Positions 31,586 through 40,828 of a stretch of DNA of 64,000 nt are shown piece after piece. The first letter of the stretch is position 1; each line of letters starts with the position of its first letter. Source of the stretch: a bacterium (GTDB lineage Bacteria; Actinomycetota; CALGFH01); NCBI GenBank assembly GCA_046727955.1, contig JBKPDO010000010.1, positions 5,823 to 69,822 of the forward strand, in the 5' to 3' direction. The notes beneath the pieces were generated by a model. It was not told where the DNA came from and ran no database searches. It was given only the letters and a program-made list of their open reading frames with translations. The position numbers and the translations under genes were made by a program.

Positions 31586-31759
31586 CTCCTCGTCATGGCA
31601 GGCCCGGGGGGCTGTCGGGGCTAACTAGCCCCCCGGCGCGTCCTTGTGGTCGGCCCTGGACGGGCCACTATGGCCAGCGCTCATCGCTACTCGCGTCGCT
31701 CCAGTCAGTCAGTCTGTCTGTCTTCCAGTGCTCACCGCCCTGAGGCGGACGAATTCAGG

Positions 31760-34700
31760 TCAACGAGCGTTGAAGTACTTCGCCTCGGGATGATGGACGA
31801 TGATCGCCGAGGTGGACTGCTCTGGGTGAAGCTGGTACTCCTCGGACAGCTCGACGCCGATCCGCCCCGGCTCGAGCAGCTCGAAGATCTTTTCCTGTTG
31901 CTCGAGGTCCGGGCAAGCCGGGTAGCCGAACGAATAGCGTGCTCCCCGATAGCCCTGGTCGAACAGCTCCTCCAGGTCACCGGCGTCGTCGCCCGCGATG
32001 CCCAGCTCCTCACGGATGCGCTTGTGCCAGTACTCGGCGAGCGCCTCGGCCATCTCGACCGTGACCCCGTGCAGCTCAAGGTACTCCCGATAGCGGTTGG
32101 CCGCGAACAGCCGAGCAGTGGCCTCCGATGCCTCCACACCCATCGTGACGACGTGGAAGGCCACCACGTCCAGTTCCCCGGACTCCACCGGACGGAAGAA
32201 GTCGGCGATGCACAGGCGCCGGTCGCGTCGCTGGCGCGGGAAGGAGAAGCGCAGCCACTCCGAGCCGTCCCCACGCCAGACGATCAGGTCGTTCCCCTCG
32301 GCGTTGCAGGAGAAATAGCCGTAGACCACGGCCGGCCGCAGCACCTGCTCGGCGATGGCCTGGTCGAGCAGGGCGCGCAGGCGTGGCCTCGCCTCCGTCT
32401 CCAGCAGCCGCCGCCAGCCCTCCTTGCCACCGGATGGGCGCAGCTGCCACTGGCCGCGGAACAGGGCGGACTCGTTCAGGTAGGCGGCGATCTCGCGCAC
32501 CGGGATGCCCTTGACGATGCGCGACTCACCGGTGAACGGCGGTGCCGGCACCGGCACGTCGACGCGCACGTCCGAGCGCGCCACCTCGTCGGTCCCGGGT
32601 GGAGCCGGTGACGGCCCGCGCGCCGGGGTCCTGGGCACGCGTGGGGCCCGAGGAGCCTCCTTGTCCGGCCTGACGCCCTTCTCGCGCTCCTCGCGGAGCT
32701 GATCCATCACGTGCAGGCCCGCGAAGGCATCGCGGCAGTAGAAGACCCGCCCCTTGTAGACCTGGCGCAGGTCGCCCTCCACGTAGGTCCGGTTCAGGGC
32801 CGCGCCCCCCAGCAGCACCGGGTAGCGCGCCAGACCGCGGGCGTTGAGCTCCTCCAGGTTCTCGCGCATCACCACGGTCGATTTGACCAGCAGACCCGAC
32901 ATGCCGATGGCGTCGGCCTCGATCTCCTCGGCCATGTCGATGATCGCCGAGATCGGCTGCTTGATGCCCAGGTTGTGAACTATGTAGCCATTGTTCGTCA
33001 GGATGATGTCCACCAGGTTCTTACCGATGTCGTGTACGTCACCCTTGACAGTCGCGAGCACGACCCTGCCCTTGCCGCCCTGGTCCGCCCGCTCCATGTG
33101 CGGTTCCAGCAGCGCCACCGACGCCTTCATCACCTCCGCCGACTGCAGCACGAAGGGAAGCTGCATCTCGCCGGAGCCGAACAGGTCGCCGACCGTCTTC
33201 ATGCCCGCGAGCAGCACTTCGTTGATGATCGCCAGCGGCTGCCGGGTACGCATCGCCTCGCGGAGGTCCTCCTCCAGGCCCTCGCGGACGCCATCGATGA
33301 TGCGGCGCTCGAGGCGCTGGTCCACCGGCAGCCCCGCGAGATCCTCGGCGCTGGCCGAGCGGGTCGCCTGCTTGCCCTCGAACAGCGCCATGAACCGCTG
33401 CAGCGGGTCGTACCCTTCCCGCCGCCAGTCGTAGATCAGGTCGAGGGCGACCTGGCGCGGCTCTTCCTCGATGCGGTGCATCGGCAGGATCTTGGCCGGC
33501 GACACGATCGCGGCGTCGAGCCCGGCCTCACGGGCCTCGTGCAGGAACACCGAGTTGAGCACCTGCCGTGCCGCGGGCGAGAGGCCGAACGACACGTTCG
33601 ACACGCCCAGGATCGTCCGCACCCCTGGCAGCTCCGCCCTGATCCGCCGGATCGCCTCCAGGGTGGCGATGGCGTCGCCGCGCAGGTCCTCCTGCCCCGA
33701 GCCGAGCGGGAAGGTGAGGGCGTCGAACAGCAGGTCCTCTGGGCTCAGCCCGTATTTCCCGGTGGCGAGGTCGTGGATGCGGTGGGCGATCCGCAGCTTC
33801 CAGTCGACGTCGCGCGCCTGCCCCTCCTCGTCGATCAGCAGGGCAACCACCGCGGCGCCGAACTCGCGGGCGAGCGGGCACACGGTGGCCATGCGGCCCT
33901 CGCCGTCCTCGAGGTTGATCGAGTTGATGATGGCGCGGCCGCCGAGCCGCTTGAGCCCGGCCTCGATCACGTCGGCCTGGGTCGAGTCGAGCACGATCGG
34001 CCCGGTCGACTGCTGCGCCAGCCGCTGGACCAGCGCGTCCATGTCCGGCACCCCGTCGCGGCCGACGTAGTCGACACACACGTCCAGCACGTGCGCGCCC
34101 TCGCGGATCTGCTCCTTGGCGATGCCGACCAGGCCCTCGAGATCGCCGGCGAGCATCAGGTCGCGGAACCTGCGCGAGCCGTTGGCGTTGCAGCGCTCGC
34201 CCACGGTCAGGTAGGTGGTCTCCTGGTCGAGCGGCACCGACTGGTACAGGCTGGCGACCGCCGGCTCGTGGACCGGCCGGCGGTGCGCGGGCTGGCGGCC
34301 CCCGACCGCGTCGACGAGCTGGCGGATGTGGTCTGGCGTGGTGCCGCAGCAGCCGCCCACCAGGTTGACGCCGAACTCCGCGACGAAGCGGTCGTGCGCC
34401 TGGGCGAGCTGCGACGGCGTCAGCGGGTAGTGCGGCCGGCCGTCGCGCAGCTCGGGCAGGCCGGCGTTCGGCAGGCACGACAGCCGCGCGCGCGCGTGCT
34501 GCGAGAGGTAGCGCAGGTGCTCACCCATCTCGGCCGGGCCGGTGGCGCAGTTCATGCCGATGACGTCGGCGCCCAGCGGCTCGATCGCGGTGAGGGCGGC
34601 GGCGATGTCCGAGCCCAGCAGCATCTGGCCGGTCGTCTCGACTGTGACTTGCACGATCAGCGGGACGTGGCGCCCGGCCCGCCGCATCCCCGCGAACGCC

Positions 34701-35215
34701 CCGGCGACGGCGGCCTTGAGCTGCAGCAGATCCTGGCAGGTCTCGACGATCAGCACGTCGGCGCCGCCCTCGAGCAGGCCGAGCCCCTGGTCGGAGTAGG
34801 TGGCGCGCAGGACGTCGAAGGTGGTGTGGCCGAGCGTCGGCAGCTTCGTGCCCGGCCCCATGGAGCCGGCCACCCAGCGCGGGCGCCTGTCCGACTGGAA
34901 ATCGTCGGCCACCTCGCGAGCCAGGCGGGCGGCGACCCGGTTCAGCTCGACCACGCGGTCGGCGATGCCGTACTCGCCGAGCACGATCGCGCTCGCGCCG
35001 AAGGAGTTGGTCTCGACGGCGTCCGCGCCAGCCTCCAGGTAAGCGGCGTGGATGTCACGCACCACGTCAGGCCGGCTGACGCAGAGGATCTCGCTGCAGC
35101 CCTCCTTGCCCTGGTAATCGTCCAGGGTGAGATCCGCCGCCTGCAGCATGGTGCCCATGGCCCCGTCGAAGACGAGGACACGCTCCTGGAGCGCGGACAG
35201 AAAGTCACGGTCCAT
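31760..35215 (-). CDS. metH: Cobalamin-dependent methionine synthase
   Basis: Hcy-binding, pterin-binding, B12-binding and AdoMet-activation regions are all recognisable (1151 aa). ATG at 35213-35215. Confidence 0.9.
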   Translation of the reverse strand: MDRDFLSALQERVLVFDGAMGTMLQAADLTLDDYQGKEGCSEILCVSRPDVVRDIHAAYLEAGADAVETNSFGASAIVLGEYGIADRVVELNRVAARLAREVADDFQSDRRPRWVAGSMGPGTKLPTLGHTTFDVLRATYSDQGLGLLEGGADVLIVETCQDLLQLKAAVAGAFAGMRRAGRHVPLIVQVTVETTGQMLLGSDIAAALTAIEPLGADVIGMNCATGPAEMGEHLRYLSQHARARLSCLPNAGLPELRDGRPHYPLTPSQLAQAHDRFVAEFGVNLVGGCCGTTPDHIRQLVDAVGGRQPAHRRPVHEPAVASLYQSVPLDQETTYLTVGERCNANGSRRFRDLMLAGDLEGLVGIAKEQIREGAHVLDVCVDYVGRDGVPDMDALVQRLAQQSTGPIVLDSTQADVIEAGLKRLGGRAIINSINLEDGEGRMATVCPLAREFGAAVVALLIDEEGQARDVDWKLRIAHRIHDLATGKYGLSPEDLLFDALTFPLGSGQEDLRGDAIATLEAIRRIRAELPGVRTILGVSNVSFGLSPAARQVLNSVFLHEAREAGLDAAIVSPAKILPMHRIEEEPRQVALDLIYDWRREGYDPLQRFMALFEGKQATRSASAEDLAGLPVDQRLERRIIDGVREGLEEDLREAMRTRQPLAIINEVLLAGMKTVGDLFGSGEMQLPFVLQSAEVMKASVALLEPHMERADQGGKGRVVLATVKGDVHDIGKNLVDIILTNNGYIVHNLGIKQPISAIIDMAEEIEADAIGMSGLLVKSTVVMRENLEELNARGLARYPVLLGGAALNRTYVEGDLRQVYKGRVFYCRDAFAGLHVMDQLREEREKGVRPDKEAPRAPRVPRTPARGPSPAPPGTDEVARSDVRVDVPVPAPPFTGESRIVKGIPVREIAAYLNESALFRGQWQLRPSGGKEGWRRLLETEARPRLRALLDQAIAEQVLRPAVVYGYFSCNAEGNDLIVWRGDGSEWLRFSFPRQRRDRRLCIADFFRPVESGELDVVAFHVVTMGVEASEATARLFAANRYREYLELHGVTVEMAEALAEYWHKRIREELGIAGDDAGDLEELFDQGYRGARYSFGYPACPDLEQQEKIFELLEPGRIGVELSEEYQLHPEQSTSAIIVHHPEAKYFNAR

Positions 35216-35374
35216 GCCAGCAAGCGTAGCCGATCCACGCGGTGCGCCGCGTCCGTTGTCCACAGGGGGGTGCGACCACCCCCGTTGCACTGGGTGCAGG
35301 TACGTCTGGCACGGGGCGCACGGTCACCGGCCTGGCCGGGTGTAGGGCACCGGCCTAGAGTGCGGGATAGGCCG

Positions 35375-36169
35375 ATGCGCGACGTCTCCAAGCCTGTGCC
35401 CCGATCCGGTGCCGACCTCGGCGCCCCGAGCAGGGCGCCCACCGGCCCGGAGCTACCGCCGCGCCGGGTGCTGCGTGACGAGGTGCTGCTGGTCCTTGGC
35501 CTCTCGCTGGCCGCTTCGGCCGCCTACGCGCTGGTGGACCTGCTGTCGGCGCCGCTCCGGGGCGTGGCGGCCCCGCTCTACGCCAATGTCGGCCTCGTCT
35601 ACCAGCTTCTCGACGTGGCGACCTCACTCGTCCCGGTGCTGCTCGCGCTCCATTTCCTGAGGCGCTCGGGTGAGTCGGCCACAAGCATCGGGCTGGACGG
35701 GCGGCGGCCGCTCGCGGACGCCGCCTGGGGCACCGCCCTGGCCGCGGTGGTTGGCGTGGTCGGGCTCGGCATCTACGTCGGCGCGGTGGAGCTGGGCGTC
35801 AACCGGTCGGTGGTGCCGGTGCCGCCGCTCGGGCACTGGTGGACGATCCCGGTGCTGCTGCTCGGCGCCGCGCGCAGCGGCCTGCTCGAAGAGGTGATCG
35901 TCTGCGGCTACCTGCTGCGGCGGCTCGACCAGCTCGGCTGGTCCCGCGGACGTGCCCTGTGGGCGAGCGCGCTGCTCCGCGGCGCGTACCACCTCTACCA
36001 GGGCTACGGGGGCTTCGCCGGCAATCTCGCCCTCGGTCTCTTCTTCGGCCGGGTCTACCAGCGTCGCGGCCGAACCACCCCGCTGGTGATCGCCCACTTC
36101 CTGATCGACGCGGTCGCGGGCCTGGGCTACCTCGCCCTGCGCGGCAAGGTCTTCTGGCTGCCGCACTGA
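35375..36169 (+). CDS. CPBP family intramembrane metalloprotease (CAAX protease-like)
   Basis: EE..R motif (LLEEVIVCGYLLRRL) and HxxxD (AHFLIDAV). Polytopic. The upstream part of the 32711-36169 ORF is antisense to metH and rejected. Confidence 0.75.
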   Translation: MRDVSKPVPRSGADLGAPSRAPTGPELPPRRVLRDEVLLVLGLSLAASAAYALVDLLSAPLRGVAAPLYANVGLVYQLLDVATSLVPVLLALHFLRRSGESATSIGLDGRRPLADAAWGTALAAVVGVVGLGIYVGAVELGVNRSVVPVPPLGHWWTIPVLLLGAARSGLLEEVIVCGYLLRRLDQLGWSRGRALWASALLRGAYHLYQGYGGFAGNLALGLFFGRVYQRRGRTTPLVIAHFLIDAVAGLGYLALRGKVFWLPH

Positions 36170-36264
36170 AGCGGCTGCCCCGCACCGTCCCGGTCGGGCA
36201 TCGCCCGAGTTATCCTCCTCCCGCCACGGGCTGAGGGGCTGGAGGTGAGGTCGCCTGTCCCGAG

Positions 36265-37191
36265 CTATGCGGCTTGCAGGAGCAGCGAGCGAACTGGGGG
36301 GAGGCCGGCGGCGACCTGGTCCCAGGAGGCGCCTGCGTCCTGGGAGAGGTATACGGAGCCGTCGGCGGTCCCGAAGGCCGCTATGGTCCCGGCGGCCGCC
36401 AGGCAGCCGCTGTCGACGTTGGAGTCGAACCATTCCGGCAGCCCGGCTCTGGACCGCTCCAGCCTCGAGGTGTCGTCCAGCGAGGTCCGGTAGACGGCGG
36501 CCCTCCTCCCTGACGGTCCGGTCGAGGCGCTGACCAGCACCACGCCGTCGCAGATTCCCACCGCCCGGCAGTAGGCGGCGTGCAGGCCCGAACGCTCGAA
36601 CCTCCAGTGGTCGCCCCCGTCCTCAGTCACGGCGAGCCCGACCGCGGTCGCGGCGACAACCAGGTCCGCGCGGGTCGGATGCGCCAGCACCTGGTGGACG
36701 TCGGCATCCACCTCGATGGTCGGCGTCCAGGTGACGCCTCCGTCCGCCGAACGGGGTATGCCCCCGACGTGGACGTTCACGTGCAGCCTGCCGGCTCCGT
36801 CCTGGGTCAGCGAGCGCACCGCGGGCGGCCCGCCCCACGGCGTGTGCCAGGTGCTGCGGCCCGGTACCTGCTCGAACGACTCCAGCGGCTCGAGCGAGCC
36901 CTCCTCCAGGCGGAGCAGGCGTGCCTCCTCGGCGCCCACCAGCAGCCCGAACGAGCTCGGCAGCAGGCAGGTCAGCTCGAAGGGCCCTGCACCCGCGACC
37001 TCGCTCCAGGGCCCGCCGGCCTCGTGGCACAGCACCGACTCGCCGTCCGCCACCGCCCACAGCATCCCGCCCTCCCGGGCGAGCGCCAGCACCTCGCGGT
37101 CGGCGAGAGCACCGCCCTCGAGCTGCGCCGGCGACCCGGCATCCTCCACCTCGTAGAGTCCCTTTGTCGTCCCCACAATGATCCCGGTCAT
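36265..37191 (-). CDS. BNR/Asp-box repeat beta-propeller protein (Ycf48/sialidase-like fold)
   Basis: Repeated SxDxGxTW-type motifs (SADGGVTW, TEDGGDHW, SQDAGASW). Confidence 0.55.
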   Translation of the reverse strand: MTGIIVGTTKGLYEVEDAGSPAQLEGGALADREVLALAREGGMLWAVADGESVLCHEAGGPWSEVAGAGPFELTCLLPSSFGLLVGAEEARLLRLEEGSLEPLESFEQVPGRSTWHTPWGGPPAVRSLTQDGAGRLHVNVHVGGIPRSADGGVTWTPTIEVDADVHQVLAHPTRADLVVAATAVGLAVTEDGGDHWRFERSGLHAAYCRAVGICDGVVLVSASTGPSGRRAAVYRTSLDDTSRLERSRAGLPEWFDSNVDSGCLAAAGTIAAFGTADGSVYLSQDAGASWDQVAAGLPPVRSLLLQAA

Positions 37192-37357
37192 GGCACCCCT
37201 CTTCCGGCAGGCACGACCCCCTCGATCGTAAGCGCTGGCGGCCTTGGGAAGAACCGCCCGCTTCAGCGGAAGCTCGGAGTCTCGCCGAGGCCGGCGCGGG
37301 CGATCATGGTGACGATCACGCCGACGAAGCGGCGGCCTTGGGCATCGCGGGCTCCCT

Positions 37358-38980
37358 TCAATCGAGGCGGGCGCGGGCGCGCCAGCGGGCGGCTCGCAGA
37401 TCGCGGCGGATCTGCTTGACCACGTTGCGGCCGGGTATGCCGGTCACCCCGCCGCCACCGTGCGTCGCCGAGCCGGCCTGGTAGAGGCCGCGGACGGGGG
37501 TGCGGTAGTCGGCGTAGCCGGCGGCGGGCCGGGTATGGAACAGCTGGCTGGGCGACAGCTCGCCGTGGAAGATGTTCCCGCCGACCAGCCCGTACTCGTG
37601 CTCCATCTGCCAGGGGCCGATGACCTGGCGGTGCAGGATCGAGCTGGTGAAGCCGGGCGCCACCGCCTCCAGCCGCGCGACCACGCGGTCGGCGTGCGCC
37701 TCCAGCTCCTCGTCCATGGGCTTGCCGGCCCATTCGTGCGGCACCCACTGGGTGAACATCGAGACGATGTGGTGGCCCTCCGGGCACAAGGTGGGATCGA
37801 AGACCGAGGGGATGCAGATGTCCGCGAACGGCTTGGCCGAGGGCCGTCCGGCCACCGCGTCCTGGAAGGCGCCCTCGACGTCGTCGAGCGACTCGGCCAG
37901 CACGATCGTGCCGCCGTGCACCTCCGGGTCGAAGCCCGGCTTGGCGGCGAACTCCGGCAACCTGTCCACCGCGAGGTTGACCTTGACCACCCCGCTCCGG
38001 GTCTTCCAGCGCTCGATGTCGCCGACGAACTCGGCCGGCAGCTCGGCGCGGTCGACCAGCTCGAGGAAGGCGACCTTTGGGTGGACGGCCACGACCACCA
38101 GGTCCGAGCGCAGCTCCTCGCCGCTGGAGAGCGCCACCCCGGTGACGCGGCCACGGTCGGTGGTGATCCGGGCCGCGCGGGCGCCCGTGCGCACCTGGGC
38201 GCCGAGGGACGCCGCAGCCTCGGCCAGGGCGTGGCTGACGGCGCCCATGCCACCCTCGGCGAAGCCCCAGCCGCCGAGCTTGCCGTCGCCGACGTCACCG
38301 ATGTGGTGGTGGGCCATGACGTAGGCGGTGCCTGGTGCTCGCGGGCCGGCCCAGGTGCCGATCACCCCACTCACGGCCAGCACGCCCTGCAACTCCGGCG
38401 ACTCGAAGAACTCGTCCAGCAGGTCGGCGATGCTCATGGTGAACAGTCGGGTGGCGTCCGCGACGCGGCGCTGGTCCAGGCCGCGCAGGCGCCACAGCAG
38501 GCGGGCCTGCGCGGCGAGGTCCGCGGCGCGGTGCGAGCCGAGGCGCGGCGGGATCTGGGAGAGCAGCGGGCCGAGCACGCCGGCGAGGTCGTGCATCCAG
38601 GCGTCCCAGCGCTCCATGGCGTCGGCGTCGCGCGACGAGAACCTGACGATCTGCGCGCGGCGGCGCGCGGGGTCGTCGGGCAGTTGAAGGTAGCCGCCGC
38701 CGGCGTGCGGCGCGAAGTACGGGCCCTGCGGGTGGACCTTGTAGCCGTGACGCTCGAGCGCGAGGTCGCGGACCAGTCCGGGCGCCAGCAGGCTGACCAC
38801 GTAGGAGAGCGAGGTCACGCGGTAGTCGGGGCCCCATGGCCGCTCGGTGACCGCAGCGCCGCCGACCGCCTCGCGCGCCTCGAGCACCACCGTGCGCAGG
38901 CCCTCCCGCGCGAGGTAGGCCGCCGCGACCAGGCCGTTGTGGCCACCGCCGATGACGATCGCGTCGAAGCTCGAGCCCAT
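37358..38980 (-). CDS. FAD-dependent oxidoreductase, phytoene desaturase (CrtI)-related family
   Basis: N-terminal DAIVIGGGHNGLVAAAYLAREG dinucleotide-binding motif. About 540 aa. Confidence 0.7.
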   Translation of the reverse strand: MGSSFDAIVIGGGHNGLVAAAYLAREGLRTVVLEAREAVGGAAVTERPWGPDYRVTSLSYVVSLLAPGLVRDLALERHGYKVHPQGPYFAPHAGGGYLQLPDDPARRRAQIVRFSSRDADAMERWDAWMHDLAGVLGPLLSQIPPRLGSHRAADLAAQARLLWRLRGLDQRRVADATRLFTMSIADLLDEFFESPELQGVLAVSGVIGTWAGPRAPGTAYVMAHHHIGDVGDGKLGGWGFAEGGMGAVSHALAEAAASLGAQVRTGARAARITTDRGRVTGVALSSGEELRSDLVVVAVHPKVAFLELVDRAELPAEFVGDIERWKTRSGVVKVNLAVDRLPEFAAKPGFDPEVHGGTIVLAESLDDVEGAFQDAVAGRPSAKPFADICIPSVFDPTLCPEGHHIVSMFTQWVPHEWAGKPMDEELEAHADRVVARLEAVAPGFTSSILHRQVIGPWQMEHEYGLVGGNIFHGELSPSQLFHTRPAAGYADYRTPVRGLYQAGSATHGGGGVTGIPGRNVVKQIRRDLRAARWRARARLD

Positions 38981-39049
38981 AGGTGATAGAGAGTACGCGG
39001 TATCGTGGGCGGGATCAGCAGCGGCGCCGAGGGAGCGGCAGGGCCCTCC

Positions 39050-40462
39050 TCAGTAGCGGTAGCCGGCCTGGACCCGGCCGGCGAGGAGGCGGGCGCACTC
39101 CTGGATCGAGCCCGCGAAGGAAGGATAGATCTGGAACGCCTGCGCGAGCTGGTTCGCGGTGAGCCGGTCGAAGCAGGCGACCGACGCCGGGGCGATCAGG
39201 TCAGAAGCGTAGCCGGCCACCACCGCACCGCCCACGATCGTGCCGGACCCCGGGCGCGCCAGCAGCTTCACGAAGCCGTCCTGCTGGTTGGCCATCTTGG
39301 CGCGAGAGTTGCTCGACAGCGGTAGCTTCTCGGTCACGACCTCGATGTTGGCCTTGGCCGCGCGCTGCTCCGACAGGCCGACCGTGGCGATCTGCGGGTC
39401 GGTGAAGACGGTCTGGGCCACCGCGTCCCAGCGCAATGGGGCCACCGCCTGGCCGAGCAGGTGCCACATGGCGATGCGGCCCTGCATCGCCGCCACCGAC
39501 GCGAGCATCTGCCTGCCGGTCACGTCCCCGGCGGCATAGATGTTCGGCACGGTGGTGCGGCTCACGCCGTCGACCATCACCCCCCCGCTGTCGGCGTTCA
39601 CGCGCACACCGACCTCTTCCAGGCCGAGCCCGGAGGTCTGGGGGACCTGGCCGATGGTGAGCAGGACGTGCGTCCCCTCCACCGTGCCGCCGTCCTCGAG
39701 GTGGACCACGCCGTGGTCGCCGCTGCGCTCCACGCTGGCCGCCCTGGAGCTCTTGACCGTCTCCAGGCCGCGCCGCCGGAAGACCTCCTCGATGACCATG
39801 GCGGCGTCCTCGTCCTCGGAGGGCAGGACGCGGTCCCGGCTCACCACGAAGGTGACCTTGGAGCCAAAGCGGAGGAAGGCGGTGGCGTACTCCGCTCCGG
39901 TGGCGCCCGCTCCGATGACCACCAGGCGCTCGGGGACCTCCTTGAGGTTGTAGACGTCCTTGCTGGACAGGATCACCTCGCCGTCGGTGGGCGCGGTGTG
40001 GAGCCTGCGCGGGGCCGAGCCGGTGGCGATCAGGATCGCGTCGCAGGTCAGCCGCTCGGCCAGGCGGGTGTCGACGCGCACCTCGACCGTGTGGGGGTCG
40101 GCTATGTAGCCCCTGCCCTTCACGACGCGGGCACCCTCGGCGACCACCCGCTTGCGGATGTCCTCGGACTGGGCGTGGGCCAGGTCCCGGACGCGCTGCA
40201 TGATGGTGGGCAGGTCGACCTCGTAGGTCGGCACGGAGCGGTTCGGCATCCCCTGGAAGTGGACGCCGAGCGCCGGCGCGGTCTCCAGGATCGAGAACGC
40301 CTGCGCCGAGCTGAGCAGCGTCTTCGACGGCACGCAGTCCCACAGGACGGTGTTGCCCCCGAGCCCCTCGTCGCTGACGATGGTGACGTCCGCGCCGAGC
40401 TCGGCCGCGACCAGCGCGGCCTCGTAGCCGCCCGGCCCACCCCCGATGATCACAATCTTCAT
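39050..40462 (-). CDS. Pyridine nucleotide-disulfide oxidoreductase, LpdA-like (single-cysteine variant)
   Basis: MKIVIIGGGPGGYEAA..GGNTVLWDCVPSK has one Cys where dihydrolipoamide dehydrogenases have the CxxxxC pair. C-terminal dimerisation domain present. Confidence 0.75.
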   Translation of the reverse strand: MKIVIIGGGPGGYEAALVAAELGADVTIVSDEGLGGNTVLWDCVPSKTLLSSAQAFSILETAPALGVHFQGMPNRSVPTYEVDLPTIMQRVRDLAHAQSEDIRKRVVAEGARVVKGRGYIADPHTVEVRVDTRLAERLTCDAILIATGSAPRRLHTAPTDGEVILSSKDVYNLKEVPERLVVIGAGATGAEYATAFLRFGSKVTFVVSRDRVLPSEDEDAAMVIEEVFRRRGLETVKSSRAASVERSGDHGVVHLEDGGTVEGTHVLLTIGQVPQTSGLGLEEVGVRVNADSGGVMVDGVSRTTVPNIYAAGDVTGRQMLASVAAMQGRIAMWHLLGQAVAPLRWDAVAQTVFTDPQIATVGLSEQRAAKANIEVVTEKLPLSSNSRAKMANQQDGFVKLLARPGSGTIVGGAVVAGYASDLIAPASVACFDRLTANQLAQAFQIYPSFAGSIQECARLLAGRVQAGYRY

Positions 40463-40526
40463 GACCCGATAGTACTCACCTCAGGGGTCCCGCTCCCATC
40501 CGGCGGCGCCAAGCCCTCAATCGGCG

Positions 40527-40694
40527 TCAGGTGATTCTTCGCAGCGTGAGCACCAGCGGGACGAACACCCACAGGGCGAGGCCGAGGCCGATGAGATTCA
40601 GGCGACCCGACCAGCTCGAGCGGATGCCGAAGGCGGCCACGAGGAAGCAGAGGAACGCCGCCAGGTAGATGACGAACTGGAGCGTGTCAGACAT
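40527..40694 (-). CDS. Small membrane protein (about 55 aa, two TM helices). Start uncertain.
   Basis: MSDTLQFVIYLAAFLCFLVAAFGI...LIGLGLALWVFVPLVLTL. Confidence 0.35.
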   Translation of the reverse strand: MSDTLQFVIYLAAFLCFLVAAFGIRSSWSGRLNLIGLGLALWVFVPLVLTLRRIT

Positions 40695-40741
40695 AGAAGG
40701 CAGTTCCTTCAGACGGGGGTCGTCGGCGCGACCCATCCAAG

Positions 40742-40789
40742 ACCCGGATGGATAGTTCTTACCGCCTCAAACCATTGAGGAAACGCTCA
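40742..40789 (-). terminator. Two short GC hairpins (ccatcc-N7-ggatgg; cctcaa-N4-ttgagg) downstream of the mutase gene; no clear U-tract
   Basis: Inverted repeats read directly. Confidence 0.3.
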
Positions 40790-40828
40790 CCGTCCGCCGC
40801 GATCGCCCGCTCATCCCGCTCATCCCGC

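Noticed and set aside
35216-35374. Possible B12 or SAM riboswitch upstream of metH
   Set aside because: No B12-box (GCCACUG-like) or recognisable SAM riboswitch core is seen in the ~160-nt leader. The region also serves as a divergent promoter for the CPBP protease.
32711-36169. 1152-aa plus-strand ORF
   Set aside because: Antisense to metH for about 2.6 kb, with GC-rich Arg/Ala/Gly-biased composition. Only its last 264 codons (35375-36169, CPBP protease) look like a real gene.
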